A stretch of 64,000 nt of DNA from Porphyridium purpureum (lineage: Eukaryota): assembly GCA_008690995.1 (NCBI GenBank), contig VRMN01000017.1, positions 62,001 through 126,000 of the forward strand, in the 5' to 3' direction. Positions within the stretch are counted from its first letter, which is position 1. Each line of letters opens with the position of its first letter. The position numbers were made by a program, and so were the translations under genes. The notes under the pieces were generated by a model. It worked only from the letters and a program-made list of their open reading frames with translations, ran no database searches and had not been told where the DNA came from. This document shows, one piece after another, positions 10,099 to 21,900 of this stretch.

Positions 10099-11820
10099 AT
10101 GGAAGCGGAACCATACCAGCTACGTTATGCTTGCAACAGATGCGCGAGCGCACTGTATGATGACGCGGCGGTGATCACAACTTGCGGTACGTGTTTGATG
10201 TGCATGAAGCGGTCGAGCGTTCCTTATCGTCGCGCGGCGTGGCTTTTGATGGGTGGGGAGAGATGGCGGGGTTCGCTTCATCACGGCAAAGCGTGGGTGC
10301 ATGTCCTCTGCATGCATGAACGCGTGCGAGAGATGGTCTCGCTGCCTCATTGACACGGGATTCTAACTAGTGCGAAAAAGCTCTTGCCCGGATTGGCGTG
10401 CATTGTCTTGACGAATTGCGTAGGACACTTTTTCTGCGTCGAGTGTATCAAGTACGAACGCGGGAAGGGCGCATACTGCCTGATTTGCAAGGCAGAATGC
10501 TCGTCCGGATTGCTTGCGGGTAAAGGCGCAAGCTATAATGAGCACGTGCGCACTATGGTGTTCGAAGATCCGATCGACACGCTGAAAAAGGCGCTGGAAG
10601 TGGCCAAGTTTGCCGAGTCGCACCGCCAGATCTTCGAAGGCGTCGTGCGAAACAAGATGCGCGCCATGAAAACAATGCTTGCTGATGTGCGCGAGCTTCA
10701 GGCGAGAAACCAAGCGTTGGAAGCCTCGGCGCAGCAGGCCCGCCTTGAAATGGAAAGCATGAAGAAGACAATCGATGAGCTCTTGGCTGAAAACCGTGCG
10801 CTGCAGGCACATGTTCAGGGAGCTTCCGTACCGTACGTGACAAATTCTTTTGAATAGAGAAAGAAGAGCGGCATGCGCTGCTTGTTTTCGTCCGCAGCCT
10901 CGCAAGAGTCTGAGACTAACTCCTGCGGCTGCGCGCCTCTCGAAATGGTGTAATATGTTGGCTTCTTTCCCTCTCCAACGCCTTTTTTTACTGAAAGACG
11001 CCGGGAGCCGCCTCGGCCTGCAGATGATGTTGGTGTCGATGAGCACGCCTCTCTGACCGTCAAGGCGCAATGGCTCAAAAACATGGCTTTGGATCCATCT
11101 GTGCGCGCAAACCCAGATCAATACAACTATCGAAACAGAGGCGTGAAGCGGGGAGCTGAAGATCCGACGTCGCACATGCTGCAGCAGCCGCAAACCGCAG
11201 AAAGCCGTGTGGCCGAGTCGCATCCTAAGCTGCGCCGCACCCTTTTTTCGCCAGCCGCGCCGCCATACCACATGAACTCAAACGCTGCGGCTCAGCACGC
11301 TCACGAATCGCTGCGTCGCGACCGGACAACTCTGGTGAAAGAGCAAGGAGAACCGGGAAGAGACGGGCTCCGTGGGCGGCAGCCACTCGTGCATGGCCTG
11401 AACAGGCGCTCTGGCGAAAGCCAGCGGGTGAGTTTGGAACCACGCTCGCAGCGGTCCGGACATAGCGTGGTGGCGCCAGCCTTGAATAGATTCCAGAACC
11501 AGGTAGCTCGCGCTCATGACCGTGCGGCTCTCAATGCTCGCACGTCTCGCGCGAAACAGCACCCATACGATGCAGTGACTGAATCGATGACCCCAGCACG
11601 TTGGCCCGGCGCCGCAGCGCAACGTCCAAACGCGCACCAATCTCCAGTCTCAAGACTGCTGCGCTCGCATCAGACCGAGCTTGCCATTCCAAACTCGCTT
11701 TCCAGAAAACAGTCTGCGGGTGGCGGATTAGGCCCGGGGCGCACGCTCAACCCGCGCGCGCCCGTGTTCATGGCCGCGCGGCCATCGATCTCGCTGCCTC
11801 CGCCTGCGGACGCGCAATGA
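10099..11820 (+). CDS. RNF212/Zip3-like meiotic RING E3 ligase; 3 exons (10099-10186, 10424-10832, 10998-11820)
   Basis: Splicing restores the RING CNRC..TTCG|HFFCVEC..CLICKAEC, followed by a coiled coil (KFAESHRQ) and a low-complexity tail. Introns 10187-10423 and 10833-10997 both start GTACGT, contain CTAAC (10363, 10916), end in AG and keep the frame. Confidence 0.8.
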
Positions 11821-12037
11821 CTCGGCCGCCGGAAGCGCGACACGCCGCGCACAAACAAGTACAGTTGGCGCTGCTGCGCTTGTCGGCGCACGGCCGCGCT
11901 CGGCGTTGGTGGCGCCGTCCGCGTGTCGTGTGCGTGCGTGGTTTGCGGTTGGGGAATAGAGAAGGGCAGCGTGTGTAGGGACACTAAAGGTAGAGGCATT
12001 CCGCTTGTGCGTCAACAGGAAAGCACATTCCTCAAGC

Positions 12038-12304
12038 ATGGCAAAGGCCGCCGTGCGCGCGAGCAAGGCGAGCGCCGTGGGCCTTGCACTGGTGATCTCG
12101 TACCTGAAGCAGTGCGGCTGGACAAAGACCGTCAAGTGCTTGCTCAAGGAAAGCGGCCAGGAGCTTGTGGATGCTGCTGCTGCTGTGCCAGAAGCATTTG
12201 AACTTGTGGAAACGCTTGCCAAGCGTTGGAAAGATGCAGAGGTTGAAAGTATTTCGCACACATCGAAGAGCAGCAGCGACAGCGGCACCGGCGATGGCAG
12301 TAGT

Positions 12305-12337
<33 letters not shown>

Positions 12338-13060
12338 GACAGTGATTCTGCGATTATACCAGATGCGCTCCCTAACCATGGGAACAAAAATGAGCTCAGC
12401 AGCAGTAGTAGTAGTGACAGTAGTAGTAGCGAACGCGATGCTGCGGCTACGGTTAGTAACCGCAATGATGGCAGTTTAGCTCGGTCCGCGTCTGCGTCAG
12501 AGTCGTCACCTTCCGACTCGACATCCGAGGCATCAAGCACATCGTCTTCGCCCTCGTCTGCGGCACCAGGGAGTACTTTGGCTGGTGCCATGTCAAACAC
12601 TTTGCATTTATCCGACGCTGGTGCCAAAAAACAAGACGCATCATCGTCTTCGTCCTCGTCTGACGAACCCCTCAAAGTGACTACCCCGCCACATACCAAG
12701 TCTTCGGGTGGACTGGGAGCGAACAAGCGTAAGCACGCAGAGATGGACGAGATTCCTGCGCGACAAAGCTTCTCGGAGCCACCGTCCAAGCGAACAGGTG
12801 CACCAAGTAGGTCAGGTGAGCGCTTTTATCGTGTGAGGCCCGAGGAAGTAGAGATCAAAGACGATCGGCTTCGTGACAATACGTACGACGGCAAAGGTGG
12901 AGAGACATTTGGTGCTAAAGCGTGGAATGACCTCAAGATTGTCCGAGGCAAGGATTTCCGCCGCGAAAAGACCAAGAAGAAACGCAACACATTCTTCGGC
13001 GGCGGCGCTATAAGTATGGGCGTGCATAGCGTGGCGTTTGCTGATAGCGACGAGGAATAA
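12038..13060 (+). CDS. SRP40: SRP40/Nopp140-like nucleolar phosphoprotein
   Basis: N-terminal LisH-like LVISYLKQCGWTKTVKCLLKE, Ser-rich middle, and SRP40 C-terminal motif FYRV..LRDNTY..FGAKAWNDLKIVRGKDFRREKTKKKRNTFFGGGAI. Confidence 0.9.
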
Positions 13061-13292
13061 GCCTTCAAGCTGCAGAATGCGCAGTCTGCTGCGGTTACAG
13101 TACGGTCGCTGACATTTTATCTCGCAGACCTCCGGTCAATTTTCTACAATTGATGTGCGACTAAACAATCCATCGGCAAGCCGTTCGCCGAGTAGTCTCT
13201 TTCCATCGCTCGCACTCTCTTTGTTCGCGAAAGCTCATGTCCAATACGAGACGCTGGCAACGACCCATTCTCGTCCACCTCTGCTGTCTGGA

Positions 13293-16200
13293 TCACTTGT
13301 TCTTCTTGATCGTGCGCTGCTTTTCGGCCTTGTCCACGATTTTCTCCTCCACAAACAGACCCTTCCGCCTGCGCGCTCGCGAAACAAGTTTGCGCGCGAG
13401 ATTGTTCGTGATGACCGTTGAATCTTCGAGTCCGAGGTCCTCGAGCTCCTCATCGGTCGCCGGCACCCAGAATGGGTCCTGCTCTAGGGCTTCCCAATGG
13501 CTGAACGAGATTTGAGGAAAGGATGCGCCCCCGGATGTCTGTTTGCGCAGCAGATCCGTGAATCCAAAACTCTCGGTCACAGGCAGTAGCGCACGAATTG
13601 TAAATATCGAAGCATTGCCGTCTCCTTTCATGTCTTCGCGCACAATCCTGCCTCGCCGCTTGCCCACAACGGCGTAAATGCCGCTCAGAGCCTCCATAGA
13701 AGCGTCAATATCTACCTGAAACATGGCCTCCATTAGACGAGTACCCGCATGCAAAAGCGCTTGCCGAAAGCCGTCGCGCGCCACTGACAGAACGTGAGGG
13801 GTCCCACTGATTGCCAACGGCTTCAGGCCATTTTCAGCGGACACTTCGGCGCTTGCCACATTCGAATCACTAAGTGCAGAGCTGACCGGCAACTCTATGC
13901 CGGTGATTATAAACGCGACGCCATACATTGGCTCTTCGCATAGTGGACCCGCCCCGGCCGCCACTTGGAATCCTGAAATCAGCCCCTTTGCCAGCTCGCG
14001 CCATTCTGCCGAGTGTCCAAGCTCAGTCTCGTGCTCTTCGACATTCTGTGCGCTCGCGAGGCATTCCTCATACTGATCCAAGAGAACGCGCGCGACGATG
14101 ACCGCTTCCTCTTGCGCCGCTCCGGCGAAAGCTGCGGTGTCATTTTCTCCTGGCGGAAGACCCAATAACAGATTCGAGCCAAACTTTTTGGGTCCGAAGG
14201 ACCATATCGACGGTACCACGTGCTCTTTCCACATGCGAAGGAGCATGCTTGCATCCGTGGGATCTATTTCCGAAACCAGAATATTTTCATGGGTATTTTC
14301 GCTGTCCGGATCCCGAGACGGCGTACTCTGCTCTTCAAACGCGTCGTGTGCGTCCTGCTCCAAAGCAGTCCAGAAACCTCGCTTGAAAGTCTGCGCCCAT
14401 TCTGGCAGTTGACTCTTCTCCTGCTGCTTCGATGTGCCTTTCATCTGTCTCAATTTGTGCAAGCGCTCGCGGTACACTTGTGACGATGCACATGCCTCCA
14501 GAAATTCCGCAAGATTGGTCGGAATCCGGCCGGCGCGAAGCGTGACTTTGTATCTTTTGGGCCCAACGCGATCGAGAACATACGGCTGGCTCTTTGCATC
14601 CACGCCGAGACAAGCGCAAAGAATCGCGGTCCTCCTCTCAGCTATGGGCGTGTTCGCGAACAGAGCGGGTGACAGTTGTGGTAGCGATGCCGCTAATGTT
14701 GTCTCTGTGGTTGCACCTGCCGCAGTTTCTCGAAACGAGAGAAGTGGCGGCGACACATGTAGCGGAATATCCTTGGCGTACGTGTCGCGCAGATCCTTGA
14801 GGCAGCGCTCAAGGTGCAATTCTCCGTTTGCGCACAACACAAGCTCACCATTGGGTAGAACGTAAGTCTCAACAACCGGGTCGGCTTGGTTCAGTCGGCG
14901 TAAGCCCTCCTGAAGAGCCGCTAAATCTGGCGCGCGTGTAGGTTCGATTGCCACCCGCATCATGGATGCCGATGACACTCCGAATCGTTTGCTAGCGTCC
15001 ATCATGGTTAGAGGTAGGAAGCCTCCATCAGCGCCAGCCGGGGCCAATGATGATAAAGAAGCGGTTTTCGGCACGTGATCCTCCAACCCTTCGATGCCAC
15101 AGATCGAGCCGGCCTCTGCCTGCTGCACGATTTCCATGTCCTTGCCCATTAGCAAATATAAAGCCGACACTCTTGCAACCGAATGATGCTGATTTGGCGA
15201 TGACGCAGGCTTGGTGTCGCTCGCTATTTGCGTCTCCTCCGCAAGATTCTCTTTCACATCTTCGTGCCTCCCACCATCGCTCTGGAGCACTGGCGGATTG
15301 TACCTTGGGCCGTAGACATGCACCTCGTCACCGACCCGAAGCATACCACTAAAGACTCGGCACACCGCAATAGTTTTTGTGAGAACGCTCGTCTGCTTGC
15401 TTTGCGCACCTGTGTCACCGACATTTGCATTTGGCGATGGATTCCTTTCCGGTACGGTGGAAATTGCGCGCTCTGGCTCGACATAAACCATCTTACCGAC
15501 ATAAGCTATGAGCGGACGCGATCTGGCCGCACTGCAGGCAACAATTGCGTCTCTCTGAAGCTCGTACGCTCGAATGGCAGCCGCCGCAGCTGTATCAGAA
15601 TCAAAGTTGGATGGATTGGGACGCTCGTGATTCCAAATAGCTTCCATCCTGGTGCTCTGGGCAGTTCGTGGGTCAGGAATCACATCCAGCACGCAGTCGA
15701 GCACGGCAGTTGCCAGCGGCAGCCAAGCAGACATGATGGCGCGCAGGGCCATACGCGCATCACGGTGCTTGACATCACGGGCTGACACATTCACGCCCAG
15801 CGCCGCAACCATCTTTTGGCGTTCCTCAATGTTCGAACTTTCGCCCAGCACTGTCTTGTACACCTTTGCCAAGTTTTTCGCAATCATTTGCACAAACAGC
15901 GGCGACGACGATGAGGCCGTTGCTTTGGCAGCTGAAGTGGAAGAGGTGTTACCTCGCACAATCTTTTTGCTCTTGGAATCAAGATAAAAGTCGCCCCACA
16001 GGGTCTTTTGGAGCGTATTTTCAGACAAGCCAAAGCGTGCACTGCACAGACGCGCAAATTGGTCGATGCGAAATGCCCATCCGTCTATAGCGGAAGCAAA
16101 CACCACGTTCCCATTTTCCGGGGCAAAGACAAGCGGCTGCCGCTCATCGTGCAATGATGCAATAGCTTCGGCGCCCGGTTGGTCATTGTGCGGTTCATTT

Positions 16201-16745
16201 TCGAACATGAGTTCTGCGGCGCGGATTCCAAGGATAACATTGACTTGTTCAAGAACGCGAACCAGGTGGCGGTACGCGGCGTCCGCATCCAGCGCCATTT
16301 CTGTGAACAGACGGTCGATTTTGTTGAGTACAAGAACTGGCTGCACGTTGCGGAGCAGCGCGGCGCGCAAGACGGCAGCAGTTTGGACGCGCACGCCCTC
16401 AACCACATCTACAACAAGCAAGGCGCCGTCGCACATGCGCAGCGCCACGTCGACCTCGCCCGAAAAATCGACATGCCCTGGAGAGTCGAGCAAGTTTACC
16501 ATGGCGCGGCGCTCGTTCTCCAGGGAGTGAGTGTGCGACAGCGTGATGCTAGATGTCTTCATGGTGATCCCTCGCTCCTGCTCGTCAGCGCGCGAGTCCA
16601 GGTACCGCAGCTGTCCCGCCAGGCGCGCGGAAATCAGTCCGTTCGCGCTGATCAGCGAGTCTGTCAGCGACGTCTTGCCATGATCTACGTGCGCAATCAC
16701 ACAGATATTCCGAATCCGCGACGCGTCAATGGCTCGCTCCTCCAT
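13293..16745 (-). CDS. EFL1: Elongation factor-like GTPase 1 (Ria1/EFL1), 60S maturation
   Basis: IRNICVIAHVDHGKTSL, YLDSRADEQERGITMK, DSPGHVDF, NKID, GELHLERCLKDL, GPLCEEP and the EFL1-type C-terminus FSHWE..DPFWVP..RRRKGLFVEEKIVDKAEKQRT. Confidence 0.95.
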   Translation of the reverse strand: MEERAIDASRIRNICVIAHVDHGKTSLTDSLISANGLISARLAGQLRYLDSRADEQERGITMKTSSITLSHTHSLENERRAMVNLLDSPGHVDFSGEVDVALRMCDGALLVVDVVEGVRVQTAAVLRAALLRNVQPVLVLNKIDRLFTEMALDADAAYRHLVRVLEQVNVILGIRAAELMFENEPHNDQPGAEAIASLHDERQPLVFAPENGNVVFASAIDGWAFRIDQFARLCSARFGLSENTLQKTLWGDFYLDSKSKKIVRGNTSSTSAAKATASSSSPLFVQMIAKNLAKVYKTVLGESSNIEERQKMVAALGVNVSARDVKHRDARMALRAIMSAWLPLATAVLDCVLDVIPDPRTAQSTRMEAIWNHERPNPSNFDSDTAAAAAIRAYELQRDAIVACSAARSRPLIAYVGKMVYVEPERAISTVPERNPSPNANVGDTGAQSKQTSVLTKTIAVCRVFSGMLRVGDEVHVYGPRYNPPVLQSDGGRHEDVKENLAEETQIASDTKPASSPNQHHSVARVSALYLLMGKDMEIVQQAEAGSICGIEGLEDHVPKTASLSSLAPAGADGGFLPLTMMDASKRFGVSSASMMRVAIEPTRAPDLAALQEGLRRLNQADPVVETYVLPNGELVLCANGELHLERCLKDLRDTYAKDIPLHVSPPLLSFRETAAGATTETTLAASLPQLSPALFANTPIAERRTAILCACLGVDAKSQPYVLDRVGPKRYKVTLRAGRIPTNLAEFLEACASSQVYRERLHKLRQMKGTSKQQEKSQLPEWAQTFKRGFWTALEQDAHDAFEEQSTPSRDPDSENTHENILVSEIDPTDASMLLRMWKEHVVPSIWSFGPKKFGSNLLLGLPPGENDTAAFAGAAQEEAVIVARVLLDQYEECLASAQNVEEHETELGHSAEWRELAKGLISGFQVAAGAGPLCEEPMYGVAFIITGIELPVSSALSDSNVASAEVSAENGLKPLAISGTPHVLSVARDGFRQALLHAGTRLMEAMFQVDIDASMEALSGIYAVVGKRRGRIVREDMKGDGNASIFTIRALLPVTESFGFTDLLRKQTSGGASFPQISFSHWEALEQDPFWVPATDEELEDLGLEDSTVITNNLARKLVSRARRRKGLFVEEKIVDKAEKQRTIKKNK

Positions 16746-17401
16746 CTCCACCTAAGAGCAGCACCAGCGGCAGCACCAGCGGCAGCACCAGCGGCAGCAA
16801 TGGCAGTCAGAGCAACAGCAGCGGGAGCGGGAACGGTAGCAGAAGTAGTTGCCGCACAGCCTGCATCAACCCATCACTCATCCACCACTCTTTCCTTTCT
16901 TCTCCCAGGCATCCACGCCGATCAGCCTTCGTAGTCCCTCGCTGATGGCTACAAGAATGTCTCGTTTTCTTGCATATGAGAACGCCTGTGTTTTAGCGAG
17001 GAATTTTTTGCGCGTGCGTCGTCTATGAAATGGCGTGGGGAAGCAGAAGAAGAAGAGAATGCGTTAGAGGAACAAGAATAGAGATAGTTTAGCAAGGCCA
17101 TGCATTTGCGAGTGCCGCTATCCATTTCGGCGCAGACCTCGCCTTGAGCTTCTGCTGAGTGTATGGATATTGATTTGCGAAGAATCTGTCTCCCGTGTTG
17201 GGAATAGTTGGACAAGATGTTCCATTGCCGCTCTATCGCTCCATGGGACGAATGCAGCCAATCTGACGAAACCACTGTTGTCGCTCTACTTTCGTGTACA
17301 CAGGTGTACAACTGGGAGAAGCCCCAACGTCCGGTTGAAAAAAAATCCGGCTAATTGCGCGCCGGTCCATTAGACGAGGGACCGTCAGTCGGTGCACTGT
17401 A

Positions 17402-18945
17402 CAGTCCTGGCCAAGGTGTTCGCAACGCCTGCATTTTGGTCCAAAAAATTCGACCTTATAGTAAAATAGCCCGTTTTAATGGAAAACTTATTTTTAACTC
17501 TTTTTTAACATTGTCAACATCGAGCATGACGGTGAACCAAGGCGCGGCGCGCGCGTTTTTGTTTTCCCCAGACCATCAGAAGGTGCTCAGAGGACCTTCG
17601 CTCGCTGACCCATCTCCTCGTGCGCAAGTGGAGAGTCTCCAGATCGAAAGTGAGCGCGTAACGGCCGAACGATGGCGCCGTGGCTGTCGGAACACGAAAA
17701 AGGGCAGATCGACGCCCTTGCGGGCCAGGATCTGTCGGTGCGAGCCATTGCGAAGGCTCTGAAGCCTCGCCCAGATCGCTCGCGACCGTCCTATGCAACT
17801 GTGAGCCGTTATCTGGCGTCAAGGGGGCGCCGAATTGTCCGCAAGAAGCCAGGTCCGAAACGGCTTTTGAGTCGCAAATCGGAACGCCGCATCATTCGCG
17901 CCGTATCTGTTGATGCACTGACGTCCGGACAGGTGGTTCACGAGCTGCACTTGCAGTGCTCGGCCAGGGCAGTGCGTCGGACGCTTCAAGCAGCAGGCTT
18001 TCTTCGCTACAAGCGAGTCTCGCGGAAACCTTCGCTGTCGTCTGACAACATCAGGAAGCGATTGGCGTTTGCCACCGCATTCATTGCGAAACTAATGGCT
18101 TTCTCGCATCAAGTGGTCTTTTCAGACGAGAAGATTTGGAGCTGCGATGGCCCATTCGGCTCCTCGCAGCGATGGGTCGACTTTCGCGCTAAGTCAAGTT
18201 CGTACGCCAGGCGCCAGCACTCTGGAGGTGGCAAGGTTCACATGTGGGCCGGTATGTCCCTGCGCGGCCTAACAATGGCCGTCTTCGTCGAGGGTGGCTT
18301 GAATGCCGTGAAGTATCAGCAAGTCTTGCTGGAAGCCTTGCTTCCGTTCGGCCTGGAAATGTATGACTTCAATTTCACTTTCCAGCAAGACAATGCCCCG
18401 GCACATACGGCCAACTCAACCAAGGCGTGGCTCGACGCACTCGGCGTCACTGTGCTGCCGTGGCCTGCAAGGTCTCCGGACCTTAACCCGATTGAGAACG
18501 TTTGGGGCGTCTTGTCTCGCGTGGTTTACCGAAAAGGCCGCCAGTTTGCACGCGTCGCAGAAGTCAAGGCTGCCGAGCTTGCGGCGTGGGCGACCGAGGC
18601 CCAAAAGTACGTAGTTCCACTTTTGGAGTCCATGCCTCGCCGTCTTCAAGCTGTACTAGACGCGCGCGGCCACCACACCAAGTACTAAAGTCTCACCCTT
18701 CTTGATCTTCGTGTGTCTTTCTTACGTTCCAAAACTTGCGCCCCTCGCCAATACCCCCTTTTTGCTGTCTCCATTGCCCATGGGCTCTTTCCTTGCCTTT
18801 TCCTCCCGGTTGGACGCTCCCCCGTGTTTCTTGGGACGCGCGATCGATTGGCGTGCTCAAAACATACCCTTGTCTATAAAGATTCTTCACTTTTACACGA
18901 ATTTCACTTTTTATGAGGGTGTTGCAAACATCTTGGCCAGGACTG
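17402..18945 (+). mobile_element. Complete Tc1/mariner DNA transposon (1544 bp)
   Basis: TIRs CAGTCCTGGCCAAGGTGTTCGCAAC (17402-17426) and the inverted copy at 18921-18945 are 23/25 identical. TA duplications at 17400-17401 and 18946-18947. Confidence 0.95.
17672..18688 (+). CDS. Tc1-family DD34E transposase, intact ORF
   Basis: N-terminal HTH (LSVRAIAKAL..TVSRYL), VVFSDEK, FQQDNAPAH, WPARSPDLNPIENVW; 34 residues between the second Asp and the Glu. Confidence 0.95.
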   Translation: MAPWLSEHEKGQIDALAGQDLSVRAIAKALKPRPDRSRPSYATVSRYLASRGRRIVRKKPGPKRLLSRKSERRIIRAVSVDALTSGQVVHELHLQCSARAVRRTLQAAGFLRYKRVSRKPSLSSDNIRKRLAFATAFIAKLMAFSHQVVFSDEKIWSCDGPFGSSQRWVDFRAKSSSYARRQHSGGGKVHMWAGMSLRGLTMAVFVEGGLNAVKYQQVLLEALLPFGLEMYDFNFTFQQDNAPAHTANSTKAWLDALGVTVLPWPARSPDLNPIENVWGVLSRVVYRKGRQFARVAEVKAAELAAWATEAQKYVVPLLESMPRRLQAVLDARGHHTKY

Positions 18946-18949
18946 TACA

Positions 18950-21900
18950 TTGTAGAGTTTTATTGGTACTGGTAAAGGTTTATCTTGTTCGTCAAAGGGC
19001 CGCCTAGATTTAAAGCAGCGAGTTTGATACGTTGGCCGTGTACCATAGGTACACCGTCGCACACTTGAACGGGTCAGGACGCCGGTTCGGCGCATGCTCA
19101 ATTGTACGTCGTGAACTCGGCATCGTGAAAATGCGCTTTGGTGCCGCCGCTACCAGCGTGGCAGCATGTGCAGGAGAGCGGCATAAAACCGTAGAGCCAC
19201 ACTTGAGGACCACAATGCTGCGTAGGAAGAGAGAGGGGAACCGAGAAGGGTTTATTATAAGTAGAACAGAAGCTTGACAGCGAAAATGCTCGAGCAGGTT
19301 AACCTTGGACGCATAACGCTCCATTCAAACGGCAAGGAAAGACCGCGTATCGTGGACTCACCCGCGGTTCCAAACCGTCCCCCACGCATTAATCCTAAAG
19401 AGGTGAGCCTGGGAGTTGTTAACTCGACAAACTCTTCGGTCTTAAGTCTTGAAAATGAAGCATTTCGACAGCGACAGCCGCCGGACGACCAAATCAATTC
19501 CTTATTCTCGTGAGCATCATTACCACTGGGAGCGACAGCTCGAGTCACTCCGATCAGCGTGTGCCGTAGCGAAAGCGCATCCGGCCGCCTCATATAGTCC
19601 TGTTCACTGCTACTTCATTGCGCAGGCTTTACGTGCACTGTAGGCACGCTTATCTCGACAAATAGGCGATCTGTTGCAGCGCAGTGGCCAGCGTCTAACT
19701 TTGGACGAAATTCGCTGGTGTGTTGACGTCGTACAGCAAGACGAAGCTTGTGAGTTCTACGCGGATGGACCACGGCGACTTATTGTGGCCATGCCAGTCA
19801 ACCCTTTCTTCAACCGCGATATCGCCACAGATACTTTATACTTCGATGGCTTCGCTGAGCTACACTTTGTTTGCTCCGGGAAAAAAAGATGGAAGGAACC
19901 TTGTTGTACAACGCACGGGCAATAACGGTCATCAATACGTTCTCCACTGCTTATATTGGCATCTTCGGTATTCCAGTCACATTTTCTTTGGACCGCGGCA
20001 CTGAGTTTCCAAACACAGCTTTACTCGAGTTCAGTAGTGGACTCGGAATCGTGATGCGCCCAGCAACAACCGTGGCACCATGGTCGGTAGGTGTCTGAGA
20101 AGACCACCTGAGGCCATTGAAAACGGTACATCTCCGCTTGAAAACAACTTTCCCAGATCGCGATCGTGCAATATTGCTCGCATAAGCAGACTTTGCATGG
20201 TATGTCAAGCTTAGCAACCGTGATACCTGTCCATTGTTACTCATCTTCGTACGATGATTTCGAGCATGGCTCCTCTCGAGGCGCTGTTGAAAAAGCGAAC
20301 TCGCCGGATGATGCACAATTGAGGGGGCGCGAGCGGGCGTACGACCTGCTGATTAGCAAGAGGTCGGCGCGACCGGTAACCGAGACAAGAGCGACCCGAC
20401 TGGACGGTCGCGCGGAGGGTGCGATGGTCCCGGCTTTCGCGGCTGCTCTATATAAAGGGCTGGTGCAGTAGCGCGGAGTAGGATTTGCCTGCCTTTAGAG
20501 TTGGAGGCTTCGGCACTTAGCATCGGAATCTATTGGTACTATGAAGGAGGCTTTTCGGGACAATGGCGTTTGCCTATAGAGGAGCGGTTGCACCTGTGGG
20601 TCCGGGCCTGTTGCTTTTTCCACAGAGGCTCGTGAAGGGAAACAAGTTGAATACTTTGCAGATTTCAAAACACGCACCCGACAGGTCGCGGTACCGGAGC
20701 AAGGGGCCGCGGCACGAGCGCAATGTGATGACCATTTGCCGCGAAAGCTACTACAAAAGAGGGCTTGCCTCAACCGGTTTGGAGCGATGTACAAGCGGCA
20801 GAGACTAGGCGAGCCGAAGGAAAAGTAAGAGTTAAATTGACAATTTAGAAGAACTTTTTGCTGATACTCATCGTTCTTATACTTCCATCGTAATCGAAGT
20901 TTTTCATGAGACGAAAGGGCCATCGTGATCGTCTCTTCGTCAGAAGCAGCCAAGAATTACAGCTCTTTGGCCAATTGTCTGCCTTTTCTTTTGGTATCGT
21001 CCGGGACAAACATCCGATGACCACCAAGCGTGAGATGGCCATGGAAGTTGCGCGCCGAACGACAGAAGGTACCACTGCTACCAAGTGTATTCACAAAGCA
21101 ACGCAGACGAGCGTTGCCGAGAGGGCACCAGCTTCGCTTACTCGAGGAAACCGGGTGCTATTCTGGCGGCTTATTGAGCGAGCGTGGCTCGAAGCCGCGA
21201 TGAAGATCAAAGTAGACGGAGATGTAAGGACGCTGAATGTGGGAGTATAAAACGCGGACCTACCGCACCGCTCTCCACCAATTCAAGTTGTTCTTTAAGG
21301 ATTAAATACTATGGGCTCACACCATAGACACCTTCTCCGAGCTGGTGCAACTTTCAGAACATTCCTCTAGACCAAAATGTGATTTTGCGGTCTCGCGCGC
21401 CAAAGCGATCGATGGATGGCATACAAAAGATGTTAAGGAAGTGACTCCAACGACGGAGCTCGCAAATCTTGACTCGCAGTGAGTTGACTTTGTCAAGCTT
21501 TCACACGGAAGAGAGTTCCCAGAATCAAGTCTCGCATTGCGAGAGTGCGCAAAGTCGCAACCATATGGATTCATGCTTCAAGACTCTGTTTCGACATCAA
21601 AATGGACAGTGCGTGTTCTGCTCGCAGTGGCGCTTATTCAATCATGGTCATGTTTGCCTGGGACGTCGAACAAGCATTCTTCAGAGCCAGCCTTTCAAAT
21701 GCGGTGTTTTGATGAAGCCTCCGACAGAGGCAGGCTTACTCTCTTGTGTGTTTTTACCTTTGAAGCGCGCAACCTACGGGCTGGTGGATGCCGCGTATAT
21801 CTGGTACATGTCTCTTCGCGACGCGTTCGTGCATAAAATGCACATGAAAGAGACCATGATAGACCCTTGCATATTTGTTGCGGACACAGCAGCATACAAG

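Noticed and set aside
11728..12789. Long antisense ORFs (also 30418-31674, 49136-50173, 62027-63034)
   Set aside because: Shadow ORFs opposite real GC-rich or low-complexity genes; no independent motifs.
16757..16800. GCAGCACCAGCG x3 upstream of EFL1
   Set aside because: Ordinary CAG-like simple repeat, common throughout the window.
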